From the NCBI GenBank assembly GCA_030531645.1, contig JAUNNB010000002.1:8988-72987 (forward strand): a DNA stretch of 64,000 bases. Reading direction: 5' to 3'. This DNA comes from Candidatus Saccharimonadota bacterium. Lineage in GTDB: Bacteria; Patescibacteriota; Saccharimonadia; Saccharimonadales; Saccharimonadaceae. Below are positions 27,191 to 36,921 of this stretch, in pieces. Position numbers and translations under genes: made by a program. The notes under the pieces were generated by a model. That model was not told the DNA's origin. It made no database searches and saw nothing but the letters and a program-made list of their open reading frames with translations. The stretch's first letter is position 1. Each line of letters opens with the position of its first letter.

Positions 27191-27636
27191 TATGGTTTCC
27201 TTTCACCTTTCGGACGGACGCCACCGTGTGCGATAGGGGTCACGTCTGAGATGCTATCGATTTTGATACCGAGGCTGGAAATTGCACGAATCGCAGAATC
27301 ACGACCGAGGCCGATACCCTTGACGTAAACATCAACGGAATTTAGACCAAAGTCTTTCTTTGCGATATTACCAGCTTTTTCAGCAGCGATCTGAGCGGCG
27401 TAAGCGGTACCCTTCTTCGAACCACGGAAGCCGTTGGCTCCAGCGGATGAAGCAGCGATAACCTGACCTTGCTTGTCAGAGATGCTGATAATGGTATTGT
27501 TAAAGGTGGCCTGAATGTGGACCTGACCAGACGTGACAACACGCTTGGCCTTTTTACCTTTGGTTTTCTTTGCGACTGCTTCGGAAGTAACTTCTTCTGC
27601 AGTAGCTTCAACTTTTTTAATTTCTTCTTCTGCCAT
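27190..27636 (-). CDS. rpsK: 30S ribosomal protein S11
   Basis: TFNNTII, GFRGSKKGT and DVTPIAHGG motifs. Confidence 0.97.
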   Translation of the reverse strand: MAEEEIKKVEATAEEVTSEAVAKKTKGKKAKRVVTSGQVHIQATFNNTIISISDKQGQVIAASSAGANGFRGSKKGTAYAAQIAAEKAGNIAKKDFGLNSVDVYVKGIGLGRDSAIRAISSLGIKIDSISDVTPIAHGGVRPKGERKP

Positions 27637-27644
27637 ATTACTCC

Positions 27645-28031
27645 TTAAGTCTTACTTGCAGCTTTTGGCTGTGCACCACCAACCGCGATCGCCTTACCCT
27701 TACGAGTGCGTGCGTTCGTACGAGTACGCTGGCCGTTGACTGGAAGACCAGCCTTGTGGCGAATGCCTTTATAAGAATTGATATCCTTAAGGCGTTTTAC
27801 ATTGTTAGTTACGAGACGACGGAGATCACCCTCAACCTGATACTTCTGAGAGATAATATCGTTGAGCTTCTGCTCGTCAGCCTCGGTGAGATCTTTCACC
27901 CGAGTGGTAGGCTCTATCTTGGCCTCCGCAAGGATGGCTTTAGAGGTAGTACGTCCAATACCGTAAATGTAAGTGAGGGCAATCCACACTTGCTTTTCGG
28001 AAGGAATGACTACGCTTGCAATTCTTGCCAT
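27645..28031 (-). CDS. rpsM: 30S ribosomal protein S13
   Basis: [14 protein letters not shown] and [18 protein letters not shown] motifs. Confidence 0.97.
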   Translation of the reverse strand: MARIASVVIPSEKQVWIALTYIYGIGRTTSKAILAEAKIEPTTRVKDLTEADEQKLNDIISQKYQVEGDLRRLVTNNVKRLKDINSYKGIRHKAGLPVNGQRTRTNARTRKGKAIAVGGAQPKAASKT

Positions 28032-28033
28032 GC

Positions 28034-28150
28034 TTAACCCTGCCTTTGCTTATTCTTAGGTTTCTTCTTGTTAATGACATGGAGAACACCTTTACGGCGA
28101 ACTAGGATGTCATCAGGGGAGATTTTCTTAACACTTGCACGTACTTTCAT
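28034..28150 (-). CDS. rpmJ: 50S ribosomal protein L36 (Cys-free type)
   Basis: Not in the ORF track; translates [38 protein letters not shown]. Confidence 0.95.
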   Translation of the reverse strand: MKVRASVKKISPDDILVRRKGVLHVINKKKPKNKQRQG

Positions 28151-28303
28151 TGAGTGTTAAAATCCTTTCCTTATTAATGTTTTGTAGGTAATTGGATACA
28201 TAAAAACAGTATGCGGCGAGCATATAAGATTTGGCTAATCGGAAGTGTATGACTTCGGCTCGCGAATACGATTTATTCCCCGTTCTCCACAAAACGGTTG
28301 ATA

Positions 28304-28525
28304 TTATTTAAGGCGGAAGCTGATGCGACCCTTCGTGAGATCATAGGGTGTAAGCTCGACTTCTACCTTGTCTCCTGGCACAAGGCGGATATAGTTTTTA
28401 CGCATTTTTCCGCTCATGTGCGCAATTATCGTATGGCCGTTCTCAAGTTCCACCCTAAATTGGGTGTTAGGTAAAGCCTCAACGACTTTACCGGTGAGTT
28501 TAATCACTTCCTTTTGACTAGCCAT
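28304..28525 (-). CDS. infA: Translation initiation factor IF-1
   Basis: [16 protein letters not shown] and [12 protein letters not shown] motifs. Confidence 0.97.
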   Translation of the reverse strand: MASQKEVIKLTGKVVEALPNTQFRVELENGHTIIAHMSGKMRKNYIRLVPGDKVEVELTPYDLTKGRISFRLK

Positions 28526-28590
28526 AGATTACCATATCATTATATCAAAAAAGTCCCTGTTTTGCAAGGACTTTTTTGTAGAAAATCTAA

Positions 28591-29055
28591 TTATTTTTCA
28601 GATTTCTTTTGGCGCTGAGGAACGAGAACTTTCTCGAACTTACCACCAGCCTTTTCGATAGCTGCGATAGCAGTCTTAGAAGCGAACTGGGTAGAGAGTT
28701 CAATCTTAGCTGTAAGTTCACCACGAGTGATGACTTTAACAGATGCGTATGGGTTCTCAATGAGATCCTTATCAGCGAGAACGAAGTTGTCTACTTTGCC
28801 AGAAAGGCCGTTAAGAGCGTCGGTATAGACGACCTGAGCCTTAGCGTGGATAGACTTGAAGCCTTTGAGCTTTGGGATAGCCTGCATAATAGCACGCTGA
28901 CCACCCATGAAGCCTGCTGGCATCTTGCGATGACCAGTACGAGACTTCTGACCTTTAGTACCACGACCAGCGGTTTTACCACGACCGGCAGAGATACCAC
29001 GACCAGCACGCACTGGGCGAGCGTTCTTGTTTACTTTGAGATCATTATACTTCAT
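28591..29055 (-). CDS. rplO: 50S ribosomal protein L15
   Basis: GRGISAGRGKTAGRGTKGQKSR motif. Confidence 0.96.
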   Translation of the reverse strand: MKYNDLKVNKNARPVRAGRGISAGRGKTAGRGTKGQKSRTGHRKMPAGFMGGQRAIMQAIPKLKGFKSIHAKAQVVYTDALNGLSGKVDNFVLADKDLIENPYASVKVITRGELTAKIELSTQFASKTAIAAIEKAGGKFEKVLVPQRQKKSEK

Positions 29056-29867
29056 TACTTAGCCTCCTTCTTAGAGGTAGTTTTCTTGGCAGCTGGTTTC
29101 TTTGCTGCTGCTTTTTTAGGAGCGGCGGCCTTTTTTGCAGCTGGTTTTTCGGCTTTAGTTTCAGCTTTTGCTGGTTTGACGATTTTTTCGGCTTTCTTAG
29201 CAGCTTTGACTGGTTTGATGCCGAGCTCTTTGTTCATAGCGGTAGTGTTCCACTCTGAACGTGGAGTCTGTTGTTTCAAACCTTCGATAACTGCGTAAGC
29301 GATGTTTACCTTGTTGGTAGAGCCAAGAGATTTAGAAATAAGGTTCTTGATGCCGGTAAGACCGATGATGGAACGAACGACGCCACCAGCGATAATACCT
29401 GTACCAGGAGCAGCAGGTTTCATAAGAACATCTGCGCCAGTAACCTTGGTTTCAACTTCGTGACAGATGGTTTCGCCATCCATGTTGAAGGTAATCATAG
29501 ATTTCTTAGCCTTGGCGGTTGCTTTCTGGACAGCAGCGGTAACGTCGCCACCTTTAGCTACACCAATACCAATTTTGTTCTTCTTGTTACCAACAGCGAC
29601 AAGGGCTTTGAAACGCATACGGCGTCCGCCTTTGACGGTGCGGGAAACGCGATCGATGTTAATAGTAACTTCTTCGAACTCCTTTGGAGCCATGTCGCGA
29701 CCGTTGTTGCGGCCATTGCGACGGCGGTCACGACCACGCATTGGGCGGCCAGCCATGTCGCGAGTCTGCTTGGTAGCAGCGACACTGTCGTCCATACGAA
29801 GGGTGCCGGACTTGTTGATTACGCGTGGACCCTTCTGAGGAGCCTGGGCTTTATTTTCTTCTGCCAT
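29055..29867 (-). CDS. rpsE: 30S ribosomal protein S5 with N- and C-terminal extensions
   Basis: RVSRTVKGGRRMRF and PAAPGTGIIAGG motifs; PAAKK-rich tail. Confidence 0.96.
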   Translation of the reverse strand: MAEENKAQAPQKGPRVINKSGTLRMDDSVAATKQTRDMAGRPMRGRDRRRNGRNNGRDMAPKEFEEVTINIDRVSRTVKGGRRMRFKALVAVGNKKNKIGIGVAKGGDVTAAVQKATAKAKKSMITFNMDGETICHEVETKVTGADVLMKPAAPGTGIIAGGVVRSIIGLTGIKNLISKSLGSTNKVNIAYAVIEGLKQQTPRSEWNTTAMNKELGIKPVKAAKKAEKIVKPAKAETKAEKPAAKKAAAPKKAAAKKPAAKKTTSKKEAK

Positions 29868-29868
29868 A

Positions 29869-30198
29869 TTAGAACTCCAATCCTTCCTTGCGGGCGGCAT
29901 CAGCAAGAGCTTTCATGCGGCCAGCGTAAATGTTAGAACCACGGTCAAAGACAACTTTGGAGACCTTAGCTTTCTTAGCGGCTTTGGCGATCTCGGTGCC
30001 GATTTTCTCGGCGAGCTCGGTCTTTGTACCTTTCTCTTTTTTGCCAACTGTAGTGGCATAGGCGAGAGTTTTACCTTCGTCATCGTTGATTACCTGAGCT
30101 GTGATGTGCATATTTGAAATATGGACAGTAAGGCGAGGGCGTTCAGCGGTGCCGTGAATCTTAGCACGAGTGCGATTAGCACGATAAATAGCTTCCAT
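29869..30198 (-). CDS. rplR: 50S ribosomal protein L18
   Basis: RPRL, AQVINDD and VFDRG...GR..ALADAARKEGLEF motifs. Confidence 0.95.
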   Translation of the reverse strand: MEAIYRANRTRAKIHGTAERPRLTVHISNMHITAQVINDDEGKTLAYATTVGKKEKGTKTELAEKIGTEIAKAAKKAKVSKVVFDRGSNIYAGRMKALADAARKEGLEF

Positions 30199-30734
30199 TA
30201 TTTCTTACCTGCCTTTCCAGCCTTGCGAAGAATAACTTCGTCAACGTACTTAATACCTTTACCCTTGTAAGGTTCAGGTTTCTTAAGAGAGCGAATCTCT
30301 GCAGCTACCTGGCCGACTTTTTGCTTGTCGATACCAGAGACGGTAATTTCCATCTTGTTGGTAGTTAAAGTGATTCCCTCTGGGGCTTTATATTTAACTG
30401 GATGAGAGAAGCCAAGGGCCATCTCAATCTCTTGTGGGCCACCGCTGAGGCGGAAGCCAACACCGTTAACTTCGAGTTTCTTTTCGAAGCCTTGGGTGAC
30501 ACCAACGACTGCGTTGTTTAGGAGCGCACGCTGGAGACCGTGCCATGCACGGGATTTTGGTTCGTCATCCTTGCGGGTGACGATAATTTTGCCGTCTTCG
30601 ACCTTGGTCGAAGTGTTTTCCTGAACGGGAACTAAGAGCTGACCCTTAGGGCCTGCGACAGTGATTTCACTTTCGCCGACCGTGATTGTCACTCCCGTTG
30701 GAATTTCAATGGGTTGTTTTCCGATACGACTCAT
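30198..30734 (-). CDS. rplF: 50S ribosomal protein L6
   Basis: MSRIGKQPI and KPEPYKGKGIKY motifs. Confidence 0.97.
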   Translation of the reverse strand: MSRIGKQPIEIPTGVTITVGESEITVAGPKGQLLVPVQENTSTKVEDGKIIVTRKDDEPKSRAWHGLQRALLNNAVVGVTQGFEKKLEVNGVGFRLSGGPQEIEMALGFSHPVKYKAPEGITLTTNKMEITVSGIDKQKVGQVAAEIRSLKKPEPYKGKGIKYVDEVILRKAGKAGKK

Positions 30735-30859
30735 ATTATCCTTTAACTGTTAATATCCTAATCATTTTATCATAGATTAAGCTTTTTGACAAGGGGTAAG
30801 ATTGATGTCTTTTTGGAGATATTTGTGCTATTATATAAGTATAATTACTACAAGGAGGT

Positions 30860-31267
30860 ATGATGGGGATTGAGATAGCAAAAACGGAAATTCAGCCAAG
30901 GACCACTTCTCAAGAGGAATTCGAAGAGCAGTATCAACAGGTGAAAGATCAGATTGAGCAGACTAGCAACACTATTCAAGCAGAGCAATCTGCATCAAAT
31001 ACTGCTTTTGGTATCATAATGGGGGTGAGTATTACTGTTATTGCACTGATTTTTGTCTTTGTGATCGCTTATATATTTAGTCCTAAGTTGCGTGGCAAGA
31101 TGATGGGTAAGCAAATAAAGGCTACCAAGTATGCCATCGATGAGAATGAGGATGCTATTCGCGATATCACTTCAAAGACCGCAAACGCCACTAAAGACGG
31201 TATTGAAACGGTTACAGAAGCCGTTGCAAAAGGTGTCACAAAAGGTATTAAGAAGGGTAAGAAATAA
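30860..31267 (+). CDS. Hypothetical single-TM membrane protein
   Basis: AAGGAGGT RBS, TM helix, terminator at about 31274-31297. Confidence 0.7.
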   Translation: MMGIEIAKTEIQPRTTSQEEFEEQYQQVKDQIEQTSNTIQAEQSASNTAFGIIMGVSITVIALIFVFVIAYIFSPKLRGKMMGKQIKATKYAIDENEDAIRDITSKTANATKDGIETVTEAVAKGVTKGIKKGKK

Positions 31268-31351
31268 AATAGAAAAGGCGCCCGGAGGGGCGCCTTTCTT
31301 ATGAAATTGGTACGTTACCCTAATGAAAAGTCAATATCCTAGTGGTCAATA

Positions 31352-32560
31352 TTACGCTACAATAGGGCGTTTCTGAGCAGGCCTAGTCGCAGGCTTCTCA
31401 TATTGTTTCATAAGCTCACCCTGCAATTTCTTTCTATTCTCTCTTGTACGAAGCAAGATTTTCTGTTGAGCGTCATCAGCGCTACCAATGCTTTTACCCA
31501 TAAAATCTGGGCCTTTCAGCCTCACGCAAAGCTCCGAGAACTTCTTATTCAGATGCGTGGCCTGAGACCAGAGAATATGATCCTTCTTACTAATATCCTC
31601 GCCCAGCGCCTTCGCCTCGCGACTCTTTAAAGTATACATCTGCATCATCGTATAAGATTGTTCGGCTATCTGGCGCGCAATGATATATTCAATCTGGGCG
31701 CGTTCTTTCTCCTTGGTGATATTGTCCGTCTCAAGTAACTTCATCATTTTGATGCGGTCCACCCCTATAATAAATCTCAACATCTCTGGGTCTTTCAGTT
31801 CCTCGCCCTTTTTCCAGCCACCAAGCACCTTAAAATCTTTATTTACTCCATAACGAATCTGGGCCGATGGCTCTGGCATATACTGATATGTATCATTACG
31901 GCGCTTGGCGAATTTACCCGCAATCGCCTTATCTGAAGATGCTGAGGTCACATCAAATGCCATCGGAATACGAGTTTTCATCGTCTTACCGTCCTTTTCA
32001 TAGGTGATAGGCACTGACATAGCGAGATCCACCCCAGCCAAGACATCTTCAAAGTCACTCAGGTAAAACGGCTCAGCTTTACGACCATCATCATCAGCAA
32101 AAGACCCATATTCAATCATCGCGTAAGGTAAAACTTCCAACGCTTTATCCCAAAAATAGGCTGGGTCGTCTGGGTCTTCATCAAAACGAGCCTGCCTAGA
32201 TGCCAATTTCTCGTAATCATTAATCAACTTACCAACTGGGCGTGTTCCGCCATATCTACCCTGTTTTCTAGGGTCAAAATCCGAAAGTGAAGGCCTAGGA
32301 ATCTTTGCCATTAAGTATTCGCACTTCTTCTTGCACTTTTCTTGCTGCTTGAACCCCTTTAATCCACAGTCTGCCAGTAAGATATTATCTGGAATTATGC
32401 CCTGAACCTTTTCGGCACTCAAAATCTCAAAGGCTTTGGAGCCAGCCTTACCAAGAAGTTTCTCGAGGTTGTTCTTATTCCTAACCTCGCCGTCACCCAT
32501 GTCAACTTCTGTATTTTTCTCAACTTCTTTGTTTACGCGGCCTCCGCCGTCTTTTTCCAT
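31352..32560 (-). CDS. Hypothetical protein, possible restriction-endonuclease-like fold
   Basis: 402-aa ORF; E...SDFED..GVD...AFDVT acidic pattern. Confidence 0.6.
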   Translation of the reverse strand: MEKDGGGRVNKEVEKNTEVDMGDGEVRNKNNLEKLLGKAGSKAFEILSAEKVQGIIPDNILLADCGLKGFKQQEKCKKKCEYLMAKIPRPSLSDFDPRKQGRYGGTRPVGKLINDYEKLASRQARFDEDPDDPAYFWDKALEVLPYAMIEYGSFADDDGRKAEPFYLSDFEDVLAGVDLAMSVPITYEKDGKTMKTRIPMAFDVTSASSDKAIAGKFAKRRNDTYQYMPEPSAQIRYGVNKDFKVLGGWKKGEELKDPEMLRFIIGVDRIKMMKLLETDNITKEKERAQIEYIIARQIAEQSYTMMQMYTLKSREAKALGEDISKKDHILWSQATHLNKKFSELCVRLKGPDFMGKSIGSADDAQQKILLRTRENRKKLQGELMKQYEKPATRPAQKRPIVA

Positions 32561-32685
32561 ATAACCTCCGTATGTATTTGATACTATTTTAGCACTATGA
32601 AATTACGATATCAAGGGGTATAATCAGTAGGAACCTTTAGGTTTGCACACCACATTTCAGAGTGACACTTTAGAAAGGGGGTATT

Positions 32686-33060
32686 ATGGATCAATACAGA
32701 TTATCTTTCCTAAGTAGTATGCAGGCTGGCGATGCCTTAACTAGGCTCGTCTGGGAAGTTGAGGAGATGCATAAATACAGCGATAGACTCCTTCCCACAG
32801 CCCTCGCCTATATGGCACATAGTTGGATAAATAACGCACACGGTAAAGATTTGGCTGAAGTCTTCGTTTATCTCGAGGAAAATGCCCAGTCAAAAAATCT
32901 CGCTACCGTCGAACAGTTATTACAGACACAGAGTTATTATGGTCCAATTTTAGAGAAAACGCATATCGACCGCGCCGCCACATATCTATTTAATAGAAAA
33001 AATGGCACCGATAAAGATTTTGGTTTGAAACTATACGAAAAGTTGCAGCAGTCGCCCTGA
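32686..33060 (+). CDS. Hypothetical protein (124 aa)
   Basis: GAAAGGGGG RBS, terminator follows. Confidence 0.65.
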   Translation: MDQYRLSFLSSMQAGDALTRLVWEVEEMHKYSDRLLPTALAYMAHSWINNAHGKDLAEVFVYLEENAQSKNLATVEQLLQTQSYYGPILEKTHIDRAATYLFNRKNGTDKDFGLKLYEKLQQSP

Positions 33061-33214
33061 AATTTAGTTTTTAGGTCCACATTCGTGTGGGCCTTTAGGC
33101 TTTTTACAGAGGTGGTGATGTTATAGGACTTGACTTTTTATTGCGTTTATGCTATAATGGAATCATACATAGGCCGTAATTAGTATATAGAAATATAGGA
33201 AGGGGGTGCTAGGT

Positions 33215-33859
33215 ATGGTTAGCACATTACAGACTTATAAGTTGTTATTGATTGAATTGGTTGAGAAGGTATGTCTTTTAGATTCTATCTATAAGGATTA
33301 CGCTACTTGCGAAGATCTCATTAGTATTCTGGAGCCTTATTTCGAGACAAAGGAATTACCACATGTCGCACCTGAAGATTTATTTGCAGAGTACGAAGGT
33401 AATCTCAAGGAGATGTTGGTGAATGCTGAACCGATTTTGAAGAGCGACTACGGCTATGTAATGGGCTTTCCCAGTCTCGTCCAAGCTGCGCATCGTCTTC
33501 ATGAATCATACTTTTCAGCAAAACACTTAATGAAGCTCACTAGAGATAACTTCACAAGTTTCGTCCTGACACATTTCAAGAGTAATCTAAACGAATTCGT
33601 TCTTAATCCGGGCCCCAAGACTGCATCGGAAACAGGGTTTAACGAGCTCGTTCATGAACTCTCCTGCGTGAAAAAGGATGGTGATGAATCTATCAACCGC
33701 GAGCGCAAAGCTCGCAGAAAGTATTATCTTCACACCTTAAAGGAAGCTAATCCTGGTGATGAAATCCCGACTCTCCTCGAGCTCGAGACCGGCTTCTCTA
33801 TCTGGTACGAATCAATTATCAATGACTGCCTAGTAGTCGGCAACTTCGGACCCGTGTAG
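33215..33859 (+). CDS. Hypothetical protein (214 aa)
   Basis: TTGACT-17-TATAAT promoter, GGAAGGGGG RBS. Confidence 0.65.
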   Translation: MVSTLQTYKLLLIELVEKVCLLDSIYKDYATCEDLISILEPYFETKELPHVAPEDLFAEYEGNLKEMLVNAEPILKSDYGYVMGFPSLVQAAHRLHESYFSAKHLMKLTRDNFTSFVLTHFKSNLNEFVLNPGPKTASETGFNELVHELSCVKKDGDESINRERKARRKYYLHTLKEANPGDEIPTLLELETGFSIWYESIINDCLVVGNFGPV

Positions 33860-33874
33860 CACACGGGTCTATTT

Positions 33875-34588
33875 TTAAGTCTTGGAAACGAGGGTGGCGC
33901 GGAGGAATTGGCGTTTGAGCATAGTTTGTTGCTTGTCGCTCCAATCGCCCGTACAGGTGATGATGCTGATGCTTTCGGTGCCTTCGACTGGTGTCCTGGT
34001 GAGGGCGGCCATTTTCTCGTTGGCTTCATCTAGGGTGACAGTGATGTTGTCGTAAACGCGATAAGTGAGGAGAGCGCCGTTACCCATCTCGATGGTGATA
34101 GTGTCGCCAGAAACAAGTTTAGGTAGATCGTCGAAGAGGGCATAGTATTTGCCGAGGGCGGAATGACCGTCTAGGATGGCGGTGCCGCCAGTACCTGGGA
34201 GATTGGAACCATTCCACCAACCAACGTCGTAGATTCCCTTAGGTGTGTCCATACGGCCGTCTGATGTGGTGCCGACCGAGAAAATACGAGCGTTCTTGAC
34301 GCCAATCTTGGAAATAGAAAGATAGCGTGGCATATCTGGAGCAACGATGTACTCCTTAACCATCTGCTCGGTGACTTCAGTGGTGTCAATTTCTTCTTCG
34401 TCGGGGTTGTTGGCTGAGACATCGCCAGCAGAGAGAGCTATAGCGCGCTCAGAGCCTTCCATTGACTGGTAATAGTTATTCTCCCATAATGCAACACGCC
34501 CAAAGAAGATAGCGGCGATAAGGACAACAACGCCTAGAATAATTCGTTTGATGAGTTTTGAGTTATTCTTTTTTACTTCGAGAGTCAT
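33875..34588 (-). CDS. Class F sortase
   Basis: TM anchor, LSISKIGV, VGWW, AILDGHS, LFDDL and IITCTG...R motifs; directly downstream of secY. Confidence 0.85.
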   Translation of the reverse strand: MTLEVKKNNSKLIKRIILGVVVLIAAIFFGRVALWENNYYQSMEGSERAIALSAGDVSANNPDEEEIDTTEVTEQMVKEYIVAPDMPRYLSISKIGVKNARIFSVGTTSDGRMDTPKGIYDVGWWNGSNLPGTGGTAILDGHSALGKYYALFDDLPKLVSGDTITIEMGNGALLTYRVYDNITVTLDEANEKMAALTRTPVEGTESISIITCTGDWSDKQQTMLKRQFLRATLVSKT

Positions 34589-34605
34589 CTGCCCACTCCT
34601 CTAGT

Positions 34606-36015
34606 TTATTTGTAGTCATCGTAAGTCACCATCAAAGCGCGCGAGTCGACTTGACGGAGATTTTCGAGAGCGACAGTGACGACGATGAGGAGACCAGTAC
34701 CGGAGATGGAGAGACCGATAGGAGCACCGGTAAGAGCGATGAAGATGTAATCTGTGATGAATGGAAGCATGGCGATGAGGCCAAGTGCGAGAGATCCGAA
34801 GAGATTGAGGCGATTGACTACCTTGTCGAGGTATTCGGCGGTAGCATAGCCTGGGCGGACGCCCTCGATGAAGGCACCCTGCTTCTGAAGGTTGTCAGCG
34901 ATTTCTTTTGTATTGAAGATGATGCTGGTGTAGAAATAGGTGAACATCACGACTAGAATGAAGTAGAGAGCTGGGTAGATGAACCAGCGGCCGTTGATGC
35001 CTTCTGGATAGAGCTCTGCGAAGTTGTTAGCGCTAGGAGCGGTGAAGATGCTGGTGAGAGTTTCGCCTGCGCCATTACCCATGGTAGTAAGAAGCTGACC
35101 GATGAGTGATGGGAGAGACAAGAATGCAGTTGCGAAGATGACTGGAACCACGCCTGCGGCGATGAGCTTGATAGGAAGAATGGACTTGATATCGCCATAG
35201 GCTGAGTTGCCACGGACACGCTTCGCATAGTTCAAAGTGATGATGCGCTGAGCTTCGTTAATCTTCACGAGGAAGTAGATAACCACGATAAGTGCGATGA
35301 TGAATCCGAGTAGAATCCAGAAGACTGTTGGATCGACACCGATTTCGAAAAGACCGAAGACGCTGAGTGAGCCATTAGTAGTGTCGAAGAGAGCTTGGCC
35401 GAGTGAAGCGGCGGTGGCTGGGAACTGAGAAATGATAGATGCAAAGATGACGGTTGAAATACCGTTGCCGATTCCCTGCTCGGTGATGAGCTCACCCATC
35501 CACATCAAGATGATGGAGCCGGCGGTCATAGCGGTAACGGAAAGAATCCAGTCGTGAGTGGTTGGAACGAAGCCAGCAGAGCCGGTAGAAGCGGCATACT
35601 GATAGAGAATATAGATGTAAGCGATAGATTGAACGATAGCCAGAGGAACTGCAATCATACGAGTCCACTGGTTAATCTTGCGGCGACCAGTTTCGCCGTC
35701 TTGAGAAAGTTCCTCGAGGCGTGGAATAGCCTTGGTGAGGAGCTGGATAATAATACTAGAGGTGATGTATGGGGAGAGACCGACAAGAATAATCGAGAAG
35801 CTGGCAAGGCCACCACCAGAAATCAAATTAATAAATCCACCGAAATCAGAACTACCGATAAGGCCAGCAACTGCATCTTTGAAAGTGTTAGCATCGCCCA
35901 TTGGAACAGGGATATGTGCGAGGATGCGATAGGCGACTAGAATGCCAATCACGATACCGATACGCTTGAGCATATCTTTGTTTTTGAACGATTTAAAAAT
36001 GGTCTTGAAATGCAT
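34606..36015 (-). CDS. secY: Preprotein translocase subunit SecY
   Basis: LGLSPYITSSII-like motif, WMGELITEQGIGNGIS, GVVPVIFA and GTGLLIVV motifs. Confidence 0.97.
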   Translation of the reverse strand: MHFKTIFKSFKNKDMLKRIGIVIGILVAYRILAHIPVPMGDANTFKDAVAGLIGSSDFGGFINLISGGGLASFSIILVGLSPYITSSIIIQLLTKAIPRLEELSQDGETGRRKINQWTRMIAVPLAIVQSIAYIYILYQYAASTGSAGFVPTTHDWILSVTAMTAGSIILMWMGELITEQGIGNGISTVIFASIISQFPATAASLGQALFDTTNGSLSVFGLFEIGVDPTVFWILLGFIIALIVVIYFLVKINEAQRIITLNYAKRVRGNSAYGDIKSILPIKLIAAGVVPVIFATAFLSLPSLIGQLLTTMGNGAGETLTSIFTAPSANNFAELYPEGINGRWFIYPALYFILVVMFTYFYTSIIFNTKEIADNLQKQGAFIEGVRPGYATAEYLDKVVNRLNLFGSLALGLIAMLPFITDYIFIALTGAPIGLSISGTGLLIVVTVALENLRQVDSRALMVTYDDYK

Positions 36016-36126
36016 AAAATTAAAAACCTTCCGGTAATACTGGGTTTATTGTATCACAAAAGATAGCAAAAAACAAGAAAAATATCTGTTAAAAGACCCC
36101 GCGCATAAGCACGGGGTCCGGAAGAA

Positions 36127-36738
36127 CTAAATTGTAGTTTGCCGCCTAATGGCGATATCCTTGAAGATGCACTCATTGATTCTTTGGAACTCGAATTCCA
36201 GATCACTTAGGGTAATCAGCTTAGGTTCCATGCTGTGTAGTGAGTCGTTCATCCGCTTCATAAAATACTCCCGTCTGGCGTCAGTCTCAGTTGCGTTGCC
36301 GATAGACGGCGCGCAGAGTATTTTGTGAAGATGTTCCAGATTATCCTCAGGTGAACCAGCCTCCAGGTAGTTGTAAACATTCCCTGCGATTCCGCACATA
36401 CCGACCATGGTCTTTTTGACCGCGAGAAACTTGGTCCTGGCCGTCTTGGTCTTGCGCTTGACATCTTCCTCGAGCTCAGTAATGGCCTTTTCAAGACTAT
36501 CGCGCCCGGATACATAGCCGTAGTTGAAACGCAGGATGCGCTCGGTGGCGATGTATTGAATGCGCTCAGCCGGAGTCATAAACTCGATATTGAAGTGCGG
36601 GTGATCGCCCGTTACTTCTTCGATGGCCAATGAGCATTGCGTCGCGTATCCGTTGACACGCGCGCATTCGGAGCAGGCTTTCAGGTAGCCTACTACGAGT
36701 GAGTAGTACTTACAATTTAAAAAAGAACTTCCATCCAT
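36127..36738 (-). CDS. Hypothetical protein (203 aa)
   Basis: Own TTGACT-17-TATAAT promoter, AAGGGGGG RBS, terminator at about 36095-36118. Confidence 0.65.
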   Translation of the reverse strand: MDGSSFLNCKYYSLVVGYLKACSECARVNGYATQCSLAIEEVTGDHPHFNIEFMTPAERIQYIATERILRFNYGYVSGRDSLEKAITELEEDVKRKTKTARTKFLAVKKTMVGMCGIAGNVYNYLEAGSPEDNLEHLHKILCAPSIGNATETDARREYFMKRMNDSLHSMEPKLITLSDLEFEFQRINECIFKDIAIRRQTTI

Positions 36739-36921
36739 ATTCTATGGACCCCCCTTAGGAAAATTTACCAAGCTAGGCTTGGCATAATTTCATTATAGCA
36801 TAAGTTTATTAAAAAGTCAAGGTTGGCAGAGGTAATTATTGACTTTTTTAGTCATAAGTGGTATAATAGACAGGTTGATTGGTTAGAAAACCAAATAGAA
36901 AATTTACAGGAGGGTAGGAGT

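Noticed and set aside
28591-30700. Absence of rpmD (L30) between rpsE and rplO
   Set aside because: Loss of L30 is an established CPR trait; used only as taxonomic evidence.
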